Assembly (NCBI GenBank): GCA_035084275.1 | Contig: CM068743.1 | Coordinates: 128,588,001 to 128,652,000 of the forward strand | Source: Hydrolagus colliei | Lineage: Eukaryota | Length of the DNA stretch: 64,000 nt | Direction of reading: 5' to 3' | Part shown: piece after piece, positions 34,616-45,029 of the stretch | How the letters are laid out: each line of letters begins with the position of its first letter | Numbering within the stretch: position 1 is the first letter of the stretch | The notes under the pieces: generated by a model | Told to the model about the DNA's origin: nothing | Databases searched by the model: none | The model's input: the letters and a program-made list of their open reading frames with translations, nothing else | Translations under genes and position numbers: made by a program

Positions 34616-37600
34616 CTTTAGAGCGTGCATCTATTTTGCTTCAGATACATGACAATTTAGCTTATTTATTCCACTAGTTCATAATTCGAAAATATAACCT
34701 TGAAACCATTGATGTGAAAAGTAGTCCAGCCCTTCCTCATTGAAAGCATTTCGTAATGAGTTGAAAACATAATGGCAGTATATTGGTAGCGTCTCAAAAA
34801 GATCCTCAGGAAGTAAAGTGCAAATCACTCCAACCCGCTCAATATCAGTTTGGAGCTGAGGTCTCACGAGTTTGTGATGTATTTTGATTTGCTCCAGGAC
34901 ACTATTTTCAATTCCAATAAGAACAATTTTGATATAAATTTTGTGTGTCATTATTTTGAAACAGCACATTTTTCTTGCAGGATTTCTTGAATACCAACTG
35001 TTGTCCTGAAATTCAGGGATTCTTGCATATAAAAGAACTGGGAAAGAAATCATGGAAAAAATTGTATGTATTTTTGCGAAGATCAGGATTTTACTGTTCC
35101 TTGAAAGGAACTTCAAAGGTAAGCTACAATTTCCAATATCTTCAGTATTTAAAGAAAACATTTGGGGGTTTGTGCATAGTCAAAGTTGATTTTTTTTTAA
35201 AAAAATTCAAGCATTAACTATACTGTTGTAGGGGGCGTATATTTATCTACACTAATCCCTGTATCTTTCGATACTATTTGCAAGCAGATCCCAGTTCTAT
35301 TTTGGAGGATTGATATGGCATTAGCTGTCATACTTATCTTTGGGGAAGTAATCTAAATGTCAGTTGTGCTCCTGTGTAACTTCCATTGCACCCAAATGCT
35401 TTCTCTGCTTTTTTTTTGTTAAGCACTGAGCAGGACTAGCCAACAAAGGTTGAAGGGTAATTTTCCCTATCCATTTAATTTTAAAATTATATTTTTAAAG
35501 AAAGTTGAAAGTTCTCTGAATTCAGAAAAATCAGTTTTATTTATTTGGAAGGTTCCAGAAACTCAGAATTGTATCTATATGTAGCATGTACATACGATTA
35601 TTTTGTTGTAAAGATCATGCATAATTGAGGGACGAAAAATAGCAGAGTGGGTCTCTTCTGCCAAAACCTAGATTTTAAACATAGAAAGTGTCCCTTTATT
35701 TAAATATCAAATGTAAATGGCTGAACTCTTTAACTTGTGTATAGTACTGCTTCATATCGATTAATTTGTGCCATTTGTAGTGCAAAATGTGATTTATTTA
35801 TTGAAATAAAATCCCATCCTTTGGATGATACCGAATTTACCTGTTCAGGTAGACATTAAAGTTCTTCTCATGTCCTGGCCAACAAGTTGGTCATTCACTT
35901 CATGGCTCTGTGGGTCTTTTTGTGTGCAAATTAGCTGTTTGCATCCAAATAGTCAGTACAATATGCCAGACTTATTGTAATAACTCAGCGCCTTGGGACA
36001 TCCTCCTGACGTGAAAGGCGCTTTACAAGTGTAATTTTGTTGTTGTAATAATGGTTCTTTGATCTACTGCCATCTAGTGGCTTTAAGCAGTTACTGTTTA
36101 GAATGCTTGATCTACAGTTAATATTAATAATCCTTACATATGATAATAATTTGATATAGCGCCTTATGTCTTTGAGTCACAAAGTGCTTCACAGAATATA
36201 CTGTAAAGTGAATTGACTATTTTGTGAGCAAATCACAATTGCGTACAGCAATATCCCACAAACAGTCGTGGATTGAGTGACTACATTCTTTCTATTTTTT
36301 ATTTTAAATTGAAGGGATTATAACCTCAGAAAAGCGTTCGGCCATTCGACTAAAAACTGAATTCCTACTTACTGCTATGTAAACCGAGATGTGTGGAGTA
36401 AGGAAATTTGCCTAACTTGTTGCCCTACTTGGGAATCAAATCCAGTTCCTGCCACTTGACAGGCGAGAGCTCTAACCACTGAACTACAGGATTCCAGTTT
36501 CTTGTTTATTACTGGGAAATGAGAAATAGTCAATCACAAAGCAGCTGTTATACAAATTCTAAAGGCTTCTTCCCATAATTTCCACAGGAACCAAGACATC
36601 TCCAGCTGTTGGCTGACATTGATGACAGTAATGTCTTCTCGCTAGTCACAGGCAAAAAGACTTGCGGTACACCAACTGATTATGGGTTTTGCATCAAGGT
36701 AATTTTTAAACTAACATTGTTTCAAAAGCATAAACATCATCCTAAGAAATTGAAATTCTGGGAGTTCTACAAAATAAAATCTGTTTATTTTTCAATAAAT
36801 GAAAGCTTTAGTGATCTTATCTTCTGTATTATTTCTAATTTTTACGTTAGACAGAGACAAAAATATTATATTTGAATTGCCACTTGATGTACATTATATG
36901 AAGCGTGCTGTAATTATTTTTAACCTGACATGAATAACGTGGTTAAATATAAAGGTGTTGTTAAATTTTAAAATGCACAATTTTGAGTTTTGATTATTTA
37001 GCCACAATTCCAAATGTAATAATATTCCAGACTTAAATTCCTGAATTCAGAAAAAAGCTGCTTGCCTTATTGTAGTCTTCTTTATTCAATGTAGCCCATC
37101 AAAATGAGGAATGAAACGAAAGAGCTTCGATTGTTATGTGCAGAAGATGAACAGAGTAGGACATGCTGGATGACAGCCTTTCGCCTCCTTAAGGTATTGT
37201 GTTGATATAACTGGTCAATTGACGTGATGTAACTATCCTAGAATATACAAATGAATTTATATGAAAAATATACTATTTCATTTTCTCTTTCCTGGTCATT
37301 ATTTTTTTTTAAAGTTTTGTTGACATGTTTTATAAACCACTAAACTATGGACCATAAACCTTATGGACCACAGGAGCTTGCTAGTTTTGAATCCCAGATG
37401 GTGCTGAGTTTGGTGATCAAAGCCATGGGGAGACTAAATTGACCTTCCTAGAGTTAGGGAGGTGTGGTGGGTGGAAAAACAGCCAGGGTAATTCTTCTTA
37501 CAGCACCCTCTACTAATTGTGTGTGAGTGTGTGCGCTTGTGGCAGACGGGGAAACGGTGAGGCTTGGTTATAGTTCCCTCTAATCAAGAGGCCCGACAAC

Positions 37601-40600
37601 ACCCCTTGCCAAGACTTCCATATGAACAATGGCAACTTGGGCAGAGTACTGGAGAGCAACCAGCATCTGTGGAACTACACTCCCAACATGAGGAGGCGAG
37701 AGCAGAAAGGCAAAGTCTATGGTGGTGCATTAGAAAAATTAATTGCTTCTAGCTTAAAACTCATCAACAAAATCAATTTTATTGGATAAGTTTCTTTTAT
37801 ATATGGAGGATTTATATGTCTGTGTATATGTGTATCAGTAAAATTTCTGGTTGGGGGAAAAGATGCTCAGAAAATATTCTAATATCTAAACAATGGCATT
37901 TTCTTTCCTTTGCAATTGTCTAGTATGGCATGCTGTTGTACCAGAACTATCTGATTCCTCAGCAGAGAAAGGCATTACAGACCCACTTCACTACACCGGT
38001 GGTAAGTTTATTTTCCTCTCTCACTCTGCCCCCAACAATTTTATGAATTCTAATTTGCTCTTAAACATGACCTAATACAGGTTCATAGAATTATACAGCA
38101 CAAAAGCGGCCATTCGGCACATCGTATCTGCGCCGGCTCTTTGAAAAGAGCTGTTATTCTCATTCCCCCGCTCTCTTCCCCATTGCTCTGCAGACCGGTC
38201 CTCCATAAATAATTATTTACTTCTCTCTTAAAAGCTGTTAGCAAATTTGCTTCCACCACCCTTTCAGTCAATGCATTCCAGATCCGAACTTGCTGCATGA
38301 AAAAATTTCTCCTCCCATCTGCTTCTGTTAACAACTATTTTACTCAAGTTACCGACCCATTCGCCAGCTTCTCTAGCCTACTGATTAATGAAGTCCCTCA
38401 TTCTTGGTACCATCCTGGTAAATCTCCTTTGTACCTTCTCCAATTCCTTGACATCCTTCCTAAATAAAGTGTGGTGCCCAGAACTGAACACAGTAATCCA
38501 GCTTAGGTCTGACCAGTGTTTTATAGAGGTTCATCATAACTTCCTGACTTTTGTATTCTCTGCCGCTATTTATAAAGCCATGTTGTAGGACATAAGTAAA
38601 TTAATTATCTAAATCGGATATTTTATCACTTTCTCCTAACAATGATATAACTAACAATTGTCCTTATTTTCAGAGAAGTGCATCAGAAAATTCCTTGGTA
38701 GCTATGGATTTTTCTGGGCACACAGGTCGAGTCATTGAAAATCCCTTAGAGGCACAAAGTGCAGCTATGGAAGAGGGCAACACATGGAGGGTAAACAAAA
38801 TGATTTGAATTTTTTTTCTTTGCTTTGGTAGCTTTTTGCCGTTAATTGATAGTGAGGAAAAGGTAACTACACATTTGTAAAGCAAAAGCTTATTTTTCTC
38901 CAGGCCACATAGTACCTATAACAATATGTTTCAAAGTGTTTGAGATTAAGTATTAATTATTGTGGCTGTCTTTGTAGAGAAACATGGCAGCTATAGATTG
39001 CAAACTGGCTGGGTTGGTTAGGCCAAAAGGATATCTTTAGTGTCCGATCAGAGTGCAGAATATGCATCAATTCATTATCCAGTATATTCTGTGAAGCACT
39101 TTGAGATGTCTCAAAGATGTGATAAGGCGCCATGTCAAATACAAGGATTCTAGATTTGTTATTACACAGAATATGGGCAACTAAAATGGTGGGCAATCTT
39201 GAGTCCTGTTCTTACCCATGCAGGCTTCAAACTAATGTTGCTGGTTAATATTTGTGTTTTTAGTTCTGTTCTCTCTCCAGCCTAAAGTTGGCCAGATCAA
39301 TAGATCAAACAGTCCTGGTTGGTTTGGTTGCCATACTGCATAGCATTCACCAACTAGATTATTGGAGAAGCATATATAATATTTCTATAATATATAATGT
39401 AGATCATTGAAATGGATGTAATGTTTAATGAATTCTGAAAAGTTAACTTTTCCAATGACATTGACGTTTCTGTATCAAATCTTTTATCTACAGAAACGTA
39501 GCCAACGGATGAATGCCTTGGGGAGTTCTAGTCCTTTACATCCCTCCCCACTTAGTCATAGTAAGTTGCATTTAAATTGGAAGTATTTATTAATATACTG
39601 TTTCTTCGTCGATTGATTATTCTTCAAAATGTAGGCTAAAATGTAAAAATTCCCATTAATTTTCTTAATTGTCTAGCCATTCACAGAACTCAACCATGGT
39701 TTCATGGAAGGATCTCTCGAAAAGAGGCTCATAGTACAATTGAAAAGCAGGGGCCTGTGGATGGGTAAGGAGAAAAAGTCTGTTTGTCATTACAGTTTTG
39801 TGATTTGGATAATATCTTCATTCAGCAACCCTAGATTGTGAGCATAATATTCTGGATTTGTCTCTCTGACTCCGTGCAGTCTCATACCCTATCAAGGTTA
39901 GTATGATGACTATGTTGTCAGAAGAAGGTCGGGGGGGATGGGGTCACGTGGTGAAGGAAGGAAGGTAAACAAGATTTCCCTGAGGATTTATTGGCACTGA
40001 GGCGGTATCACAGGTAGAAAATTTAAAGTAATCCCAGAAAGCGTTGATAATTGTCTTTGGCTCATCAATACAACTTGATGTATGCATATCCCCAGCTGTA
40101 AACCCAAATTGGGTTACGCAGTTCTAACAAGATAAGTATTGCACATTGTGCAAATTAAAAATGGGAGATGTACAATCTGTAAAAGTATAAGCATTGAACT
40201 AAACTACATTTTTCATGTTACAATAAAAATGCATTGAATGTAAATGAATCCAATATTTTGTATAGTTTGTCTAGCTCGGGTACAAAACGGTGCTTTTTGC
40301 CGTGAAGCATTTCTCTTGTTTTAATTGGCCAGTAATTGGTTTACAGTGACGTAACTAAAATACTATAATATAATCTTTGGGGTGTTGGTGATGCACCTCT
40401 GAATTCTGTGTCCCAATCTGTCCAGACTGATGGAATGCAAAGTCTTTCTGACAATTTCTTTCCAATCACGGCCTTGCCCCCGCCTATCTCTCTGACCTAG
40501 TGTCTCCCTATCAGCCTGCCCGCACCCTCTGTTCAGCAGACTCAGGCCTGCTACGCGTCCACTGCCCTAACCGCCCAACCATCGGCGGCCGGGCTTTCAG

Positions 40601-43600
40601 CCTCTCTGTTCCCACACTGTGGAACTCCATCCCGCAGCCCCTCCGCCTCGCCTTCCTCCCTTTCCTCCTTCAAGGCCTTCAAGACCTTCCTCTTCGACCG
40701 CGCCTTCGGCTGCCCCACTAAGTCTTCCCACTCTTCTCCCCCTTCCCCCTACTTCGACCCTCTCCACCCCGCCCTCCGCTCGGGTCCCGACCAGACTGTT
40801 CAGCGCTTTGGGACATCCTCCCGACATGAAAGGCGCTACATAAGTGCAAGTTTGTTGTTGTTGTCTGTTGGCTTTCAGAGCCTTTATGAAATTAGTAAGA
40901 GGGAACTTCAATTTTTAACTCAAATGTGGGCTCGGCATAATGCTGTCCAACATTAATTTCACTTAGAGGAGCCATACAATTGCGTGGGAAATAAACAATG
41001 TCATACAGGTGAGGTGGAGGTGTTCTGAAATTATAACTAACGGACATTGTTAACTTAGAGTAGGAAGATCACTTTATTGCTGACCACCGTGCCATGGTCT
41101 GAGAATGTTTGAATGGTTCAATTTCCTAGCACCAACTTTCCTCACCTGGATAAATAAAACATTTTGGGGAGGAGGGGAACAAAAGAAAAATAGTTTGTTA
41201 CGACACTTTACATTGGAATTGTTTTGGGGCAAGGTTGTTTAACGTGACTTATACCCTTAAATTGAATTTATAAACTAACCAAATTTTCTGGGTGTCTCAA
41301 ACATTGGGAGAGTTTGTGAGGTGGAAATTCACATATTCACTGATCTATTATAAATAGATACCAATCTAAGAAAATACAAATGAGTTGTCTTAATCTCCTT
41401 TTTAAACTTGGTAATTGCAGAAAGTGTGACAGAACTACTTGGCTACAGTATTAAAAGGAAAACAATTTTGAGTGAAAAATTCAAAGCTCAATTTTTTATT
41501 TTGCATTGTAAATTATTGGTATTTGATGCACATTTTGTTTAAATGTTAATGATTTAAATAATGTTTAAATCATTATTCAAATGTTATTTAAATGTTTAAA
41601 AGTCCTCACCAAACGAGACAAGTACTGTGCTGATATCCTTATTGGGCAGTGCTTAAGAAACCAAAAGGGTTGAACTAGAGAATAACAAATGTTTGGAACA
41701 GAAATATTTGCTTAACTTATCCAGAGTGATTTTATTCTAGTCTTGATTTTTTAAATGCATGTCAGTTTATTGATCGCTGTCAGAAGGAGGACATGTTCAT
41801 TATTTAATGGAGCTGATTCAGTTGATTCAGCCTTCCACATGCATTGTGCACCTACAGTTTCAAAAAGTGATTGCAGATTTTGATTTTGTTCTCACAGGTT
41901 ATTTCTTTTGAGGGACAGTCAGAGTAACCCAAAGACATTTGTACTAACATTGTACTGTCAACAGAAGATCAGGCATTTCCAGATATTACCAGTAAGTTTT
42001 CAATTATATTTCTAAAATATTAAGAATCTATGGTATTCTCCCCTTTCTGAGCATTTTAAATTCATAGTTTAGAAGTTCAGTGGTAAATTGTTTGGGTACT
42101 TTTGACTAATAATTCTGGAACTATGTATCTGGCAATTATATCAAGTCTCAATAGGCAAATTAATGCTGTTAGGGTCTAGTTGCACAGACAAAAGTATTCT
42201 CCAATGCACTTAGTAACATGTATCTGGTCACTTTAACAGTCCATGTGACCAGATAATTCTGTTATGATTTGACTGGGCAGCATTTCATACTAATCTTTGT
42301 TCAGTGTGGCTCCTATTAAAGTCAGCTTATTATCTTAAATGTTTACTGGAGCCTGGTTCAATTGGTATCTTGGTTGCCTGTAAAGCCTTGGCAACTCCTG
42401 TGCATTAGGGTAACTGAAATGCAACACTCTTAAAAACAGCCCTGTACAGCATGAAATGTTTCGGGTAATTTGAACTCAGCTGATTTCAGAAAGTAGTCCA
42501 GCATCCTGTACTGTTTTATTGTTGCTTCATACTGAACATGGTGAGCAATGAGTCAATCACCATCCTATGTCTTTCAACTTTTCCCATGGCATCTTCTAGC
42601 CCACCAAGTGAGTACATATGCCTCCAATTTTTACTTACAAAATACAAGAGCCTGGATTATTGTTGCATTAAACTCTGTTTTCCTAGGTAAAATGCAGCAC
42701 TGAGCCTTCTTTGAAAGACCTCCGGGTTTCCTCAGATTTCACAGAATATCCCTGGTGTCATTTGCAAATTCAGCAAATCAAAGCTAGACAGCATGAGTGT
42801 AATTTTAATCTCTTTTGTCCTCGATTTCCATTTTCCCTACATTCAAAGCCCACCTTTAAGATCTACTGGCCGCATGTTCAGCCACCTTCTCATCTCCTAC
42901 TCTGCTGCATGAATTGCTGTGAGATGTCCTCCTGACATGAACAGTAAACGTAAATTGTCCTGTTCTCAATGATCATGAACTAATTTCCAATGCAAACTAT
43001 TGGACCTTCATATATGATGGTGATAAATATCTGGTTGAGAAGTTTTTGAACATATCTCTGGGACATGATTGTTCCTATGATGCTGAAGATAGAGTTTTTT
43101 TTTGTAATAGACTATGATTGAATAGAGTAGATACTACAATGGGTGTACCTTTTGAGGAATGCAGAGTCTTTACAGAGAAATTTCCCTCAGGATTGAATTC
43201 ATAAAGAAAAGCTGATTATAGGGCACTGGAAAAAATTATGCTGATGAAGCAAAACAATCTTTTCTCATTTTATAGTTTTTTTTTAAATTGCCTTAAGTTT
43301 ATATATAAATATACAGTCAATTAATTCACAGTATATTCTGTGAAGTGCTTTGAGACATCTAGATGTGGAAAGCGCTATATCAAATGCAGGAATTATTATA
43401 TGATGTGAGCTAGCTGCCTTCCTTGTTAGTATTTTCACCCTTGTTTTGATTGCGGATTAGTAAATTATAACTTCTATACATTAAAAGAAAATATACATAT
43501 ACCTACCGAAGCCAGCTGATCTTAAATGATGCCATGAGGACGAGTAATGTCAGATACTGAAGAGTATAGTAATTTGCAGTTGCATTTTGTAGTGCTTTAT

Positions 43601-43867
43601 CTTGTGAATTAATCAAAATTGAGCATATCTTGTCTTTAGTAACAATTTTACTATGTTTCATTTTAGATAATTTATGTTATACTTGGCTGCTCAAAGATGT
43701 TTTTATTCTTTTTTTTAAAGAGTGAAGACAATGGACAGCTCGTCTTTAGTCTTGATGACGGCAATACCAAATTTTGTGATCTTATACAGCTTGTTGAATT
43801 TTATCTTCTGAACCGAGGAATCCTACCTTGCAAATTGAAGCATCACTGTTCCCAGGTTTCTTTATGA
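8473..43867 (+). CDS. GRB10: Growth factor receptor-bound protein 10 (Pro-rich, RA, PH, BPS and SH2 adaptor); spliced span of 14 coding exons, 5' exon(s) not securely identified
   Basis: Exons join in frame over GT-AG introns (1649 nt). Translation runs from [14 protein letters not shown] to [11 protein letters not shown]. The N-terminal [12 protein letters not shown] segment is GRB10-like rather than GRB7/14-like. Internal ATG at 8508 gives 537 aa. DDC is the neighbour. Confidence 0.97.
9165..9445 (-). mobile_element. tRNA-derived SINE
   Basis: aataataatccttgcatttgatatagc...gtgtcccac... Confidence 0.85.
10600..11110 (+). mobile_element. Old L2 fragments with a nested L2 tail (about 10680-10742)
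   Basis: L2 ORF2-like sequence and (TTG)n tail. Confidence 0.65.
11760..12050 (-). mobile_element. tRNA-derived SINE, near full length
   Basis: Tail, core and head (ctagccactgagccacaggagc) in reverse. Confidence 0.88.
14328..14466 (+). CDS. GRB10: GRB10 exon, proline-rich region ([26 protein letters not shown]...)
   Basis: catacag acceptor; CAT|GTGAGT donor; Grb7-family P(S/T)IPNPFPEL motif. Confidence 0.96.
15685..16250 (+). mobile_element. L2 LINE 3' fragment, second subfamily (tail gagacgccgcctggcgt...)
   Basis: ORF ...[10 protein letters not shown]...IQNSA...ITPVLARLH...RIDFKIL...LWNSLP; (TTG)n end. Confidence 0.88.
16374..16580. mobile_element. Short Tc1/pogo MITE
   Basis: TA|CAGTAAAAGCCCATTTATCCG...CGGATAAACGGGCTTTTACTG|TA. 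Confidence 0.88.
17595..17867 (+). mobile_element. L2 3' end
   Basis: cttgggacgtcctcctgacgtgaaaggcgctatacaaatg followed by a (TTG)-like tail. Confidence 0.85.
19970..20535 (-). mobile_element. L2 3' fragment
   Basis: (CAA)n, then reverse tail and ORF2 end; same subfamily as 17595 and 52680. Confidence 0.88.
21460..21605 (+). repeat. Old unclassified interspersed repeat, family A (other copies about 775-915, 16920-17045, reverse 33595-33660)
   Basis: Shared gtcgggtgtctt...tatccaaacca...ccacct...ggaat...ctctccct.g.ggga. Confidence 0.6.
22266..22645 (-). mobile_element. Non-autonomous hAT transposon, short copy inserted in a SINE tail
   Basis: TAGGGTCC...GGACCCTA termini; 8-bp TSD GCGCATTA (22258-22265, 22646-22653). 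Confidence 0.92.
23291..23462 (+). repeat. 28-bp tandem repeat x6 (AAACCAATCATTATTGCTGAAGGCAGCT)
   Basis: Five identical units and a sixth with a 1-nt deletion; no spacers. Confidence 0.97.
24477..24633 (+). CDS. GRB10: GRB10 exon, RA domain ([12 protein letters not shown]...[12 protein letters not shown])
   Basis: tttttcag acceptor; G|GTAAGA donor. Confidence 0.96.
25279..26090. repeat. 138-bp inverted repeat (25279-25416 / 25953-26090) plus a 47-bp partial third copy (25762-25808)
   Basis: Arms are reverse complements with about 4 mismatches. Confidence 0.93.
26095..26400 (-). mobile_element. Deu-domain SINE (SacSINE1/AmnSINE-like)
   Basis: Reverse of gatgagacattaaa...tcaggtggatgttaaagatcccatg.cactattt. 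Confidence 0.7.
26510..26812 (+). mobile_element. Deu-domain SINE, head-to-head with the previous copy
   Basis: atgagacac...ccatggcactattcgaaaagag...tgtgggacactgctgtgtgcaaattggctgcc...tatcaaatgcaag. Confidence 0.7.
27064..27185 (+). CDS. GRB10: GRB10 exon, RA domain end (ERCLEDHE...[17 protein letters not shown])
   Basis: ttttttccag acceptor; GCG|GTAAGT donor. Confidence 0.96.
27588..29579. mobile_element. Tc1/pogo MITE with a nested L2
   Basis: Perfect 21-bp TIR CAGTAGAAGCCCGTTTATCTG; TA TSD. Confidence 0.9.
28075..29333 (-). mobile_element. Young 5'-truncated L2 LINE (RT from YADD to the 3' tail)
   Basis: [11 protein letters not shown]...[16 protein letters not shown]...[10 protein letters not shown]...[13 protein letters not shown]; one frameshift near the end; (TTG)n tail. 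Confidence 0.93.
29836..30595 (+). mobile_element. Non-autonomous hAT transposon, third copy, with a shorter G/A minisatellite (30123-30325)
   Basis: T(G)GGGTCTGGCGATAT...ATATCGACGGACCCTA; 8-bp TSD CTGTGCTT (29828-29835, 30596-30603). Confidence 0.92.
30659..30940 (+). mobile_element. tRNA-derived SINE
   Basis: A box agctcagtgg; B box ggttcgaatcc; degenerate core; (TTA)n tail. Confidence 0.85.
31464..31920 (+). mobile_element. hAT-Charlie-type MITE with a nested SINE fragment (about 31589-31735)
   Basis: TIR CAGTGGTTCCCAACCT/AGGTTGGGAACCACTG; TSD GGATAGAT/GCATAGAT. Confidence 0.88.
33124..33198 (+). CDS. GRB10: GRB10 exon ([25 protein letters not shown])
   Basis: ggacag acceptor; CAC|GTAAGA donor; 75 nt, phase 0-0. 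Confidence 0.94.
33292..33349 (+). repeat. 25-bp tandem duplication
   Basis: GTCATTCTTATGGGTTGTGGATGTA x2.3. Confidence 0.9.
34347..34615 (-). mobile_element. hAT-Charlie-type MITE, inverted relative to the copy at 31464
   Basis: CAGTGGTTCCCAA...TTGGGAACCACTG; interior is the reverse complement of the 31464 copy. Confidence 0.88.
34981..35118 (+). CDS. GRB10: GRB10 exon, PH domain start ([27 protein letters not shown]...KGTSK)
   Basis: tttcttgcag acceptor; AAG|GTAAGC donor; 138 nt, phase 0-0. Confidence 0.96.
36064..36082 (-). promoter_or_regulatory. Candidate CTCF site
   Basis: Minus strand AGCCACTAGATGGCAGTAG matches the CCASYAGRKGGCRS core. Confidence 0.6.
36125..36495 (-). mobile_element. 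tRNA-derived SINE
   Basis: Reverse tail, core and head (ctctaaccactgaactacagga). Confidence 0.82.
36588..36698 (+). CDS. GRB10: GRB10 exon, PH domain ([17 protein letters not shown]...TDYGFCIK)
   Basis: ttccacag acceptor; AAG|GTAATT donor. Confidence 0.96.
37095..37193 (+). CDS. GRB10: GRB10 exon, PH domain ([33 protein letters not shown])
   Basis: atgtag acceptor; AAG|GTATTG donor. Confidence 0.96.
37924..38001 (+). CDS. GRB10: GRB10 exon ([26 protein letters not shown])
   Basis: gtctag acceptor; GTG|GTAAGT donor. Confidence 0.95.
38083..38585 (-). mobile_element. CR1 LINE 3' fragment
   Basis: Minus frame [22 protein letters not shown]...FKREV; CR1 3' hairpin ggccattcggc. Confidence 0.85.
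38674..38790 (+). CDS. GRB10: GRB10 exon, BPS domain ([24 protein letters not shown]...EEGNTWR)
   Basis: ttttcag acceptor; AGG|GTAAAC donor. Confidence 0.97.
39494..39560 (+). CDS. GRB10: GRB10 exon ([22 protein letters not shown])
   Basis: ctacag acceptor; A|GTAAGT donor; retains the GS-x-SPLHP phosphosite region. Confidence 0.95.
39677..39764 (+). CDS. GRB10: GRB10 exon, SH2 start ([18 protein letters not shown]...QGPVDG)
   Basis: gtctag acceptor; GG|GTAAGG donor. Confidence 0.96.
40462..40865 (+). mobile_element. L2 3' fragment
   Basis: PYQPARTL...IGGRAFS...LWNSIP; tail and (TTG)n. Confidence 0.9.
41898..41991 (+). CDS. GRB10: GRB10 exon, SH2 ([18 protein letters not shown]...HFQILP)
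   Basis: ctcacag acceptor; CCA|GTAAGT donor; FLLRDS signature. Confidence 0.97.
43721..43867 (+). CDS. GRB10: GRB10 last coding exon ([28 protein letters not shown]...[14 protein letters not shown])
   Basis: poly-T then AAG acceptor; TGA at 43865-43867. Confidence 0.96.
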   Translation, partial: SEDNGQLVFSLDDGNTKFCDLIQLVEFYLLNRGILPCKLKHHCSQVSL

Positions 43868-45029
43868 CCTTTGATATCTGTTTACTCTTTGGAATTATCC
43901 ACAGGAGACTGGAATTTCTGTCTGATTCTTTGCATCAGTTGTGCATTTTTGGGGGGAAATTAGACAACTCTGTTCTTCGCCAGATCTGTGAAAATCAGTA
44001 CTAAAGGCATATGTCCAGGACTGAGTACACTGATTGATTGTTTGCTGTTCATAACAAAAATAGTAGCAATACAGAAGAAGAAAATGGATGGAGCAGTTGA
44101 GTGTCTTACATGTTTCCATGCTGTCACTTTGTACAATCAACTCAAAGATCTTCAAACTGATATTTATGATGGCAAAAAAAAACCTTCAATTGCTCCTGCT
44201 CTGGAATAATCTTGATACATAAATTGAAGACAGGTGACTTAGTATTTTTAAGTGGATAATTTGGTTCATTCACAAAAGGAAAAAGTCGACACCTTGTCAC
44301 TGAGGAGACATTTAATTTCGTACAGCACTTAATGTTTCTTTTAAGTCCTGAGCACAGCCTATTGTACATAATGCTCCAATGTAGGTGCATTATGATGGAA
44401 TAGCACAAGTCATAGGACTGCTTCTTTTGGTAAATACCCTACCAACATATATCGTGTCTGAACTCTAATCATAGGACACTCACTGTTCCAGATTACTGGT
44501 GAACGGGTAAAGAGAAAGAATGCAGATCCAACACACATTGTTTTCCCTTTTGTTTTATTACACAAATATTGCATTTTGCTGCTGTGAATTAATGCATTTA
44601 AATCACATTGTGAACTTAACAGTCTTAAATTTTTATTTGTCAAGACACTAACTAAATATTTTACTACTTTAGATTCAGACACACGTTGGTATTAAAAAGA
44701 GTTAAGATCAAGAGTTGTGCAAATCTGTGATAAGCATCTTAGGTCAACACTTTGGTTTCTCAGCATTGCCCCCATTATATGGAGGAAAACGCTGATAGCC
44801 AGTCAGCATAGGCTAGCAGTTTGGGCTTTAACTAGTATGGTTGAGGGCATGTATAATTTCAATTGCCTTGCAATTCAGTCCCCAGAGACCAGCTAGTTGT
44901 ATTGATGCTGCACCGGCCCTGCCCTGGGGATATATTCGGGGTCAATCACTTTATTGACCTTAAAGGGTTCAGCAGGGCCCACCAAGGTTCAAACGAAAAA
45001 CCGTTGTCTGAACAACCGGGGATGTTTTG

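Noticed and set aside
37370-37720. Possible ncRNA in a GRB10 intron
   Set aside because: It looks like a decayed SINE-like repeat; no snoRNA boxes or stable fold that I can support.
8473-43867. GRB14 or GRB7 identity
   Set aside because: [13 protein letters not shown]-terminus, [20 protein letters not shown] and DDC linkage are GRB10 features.
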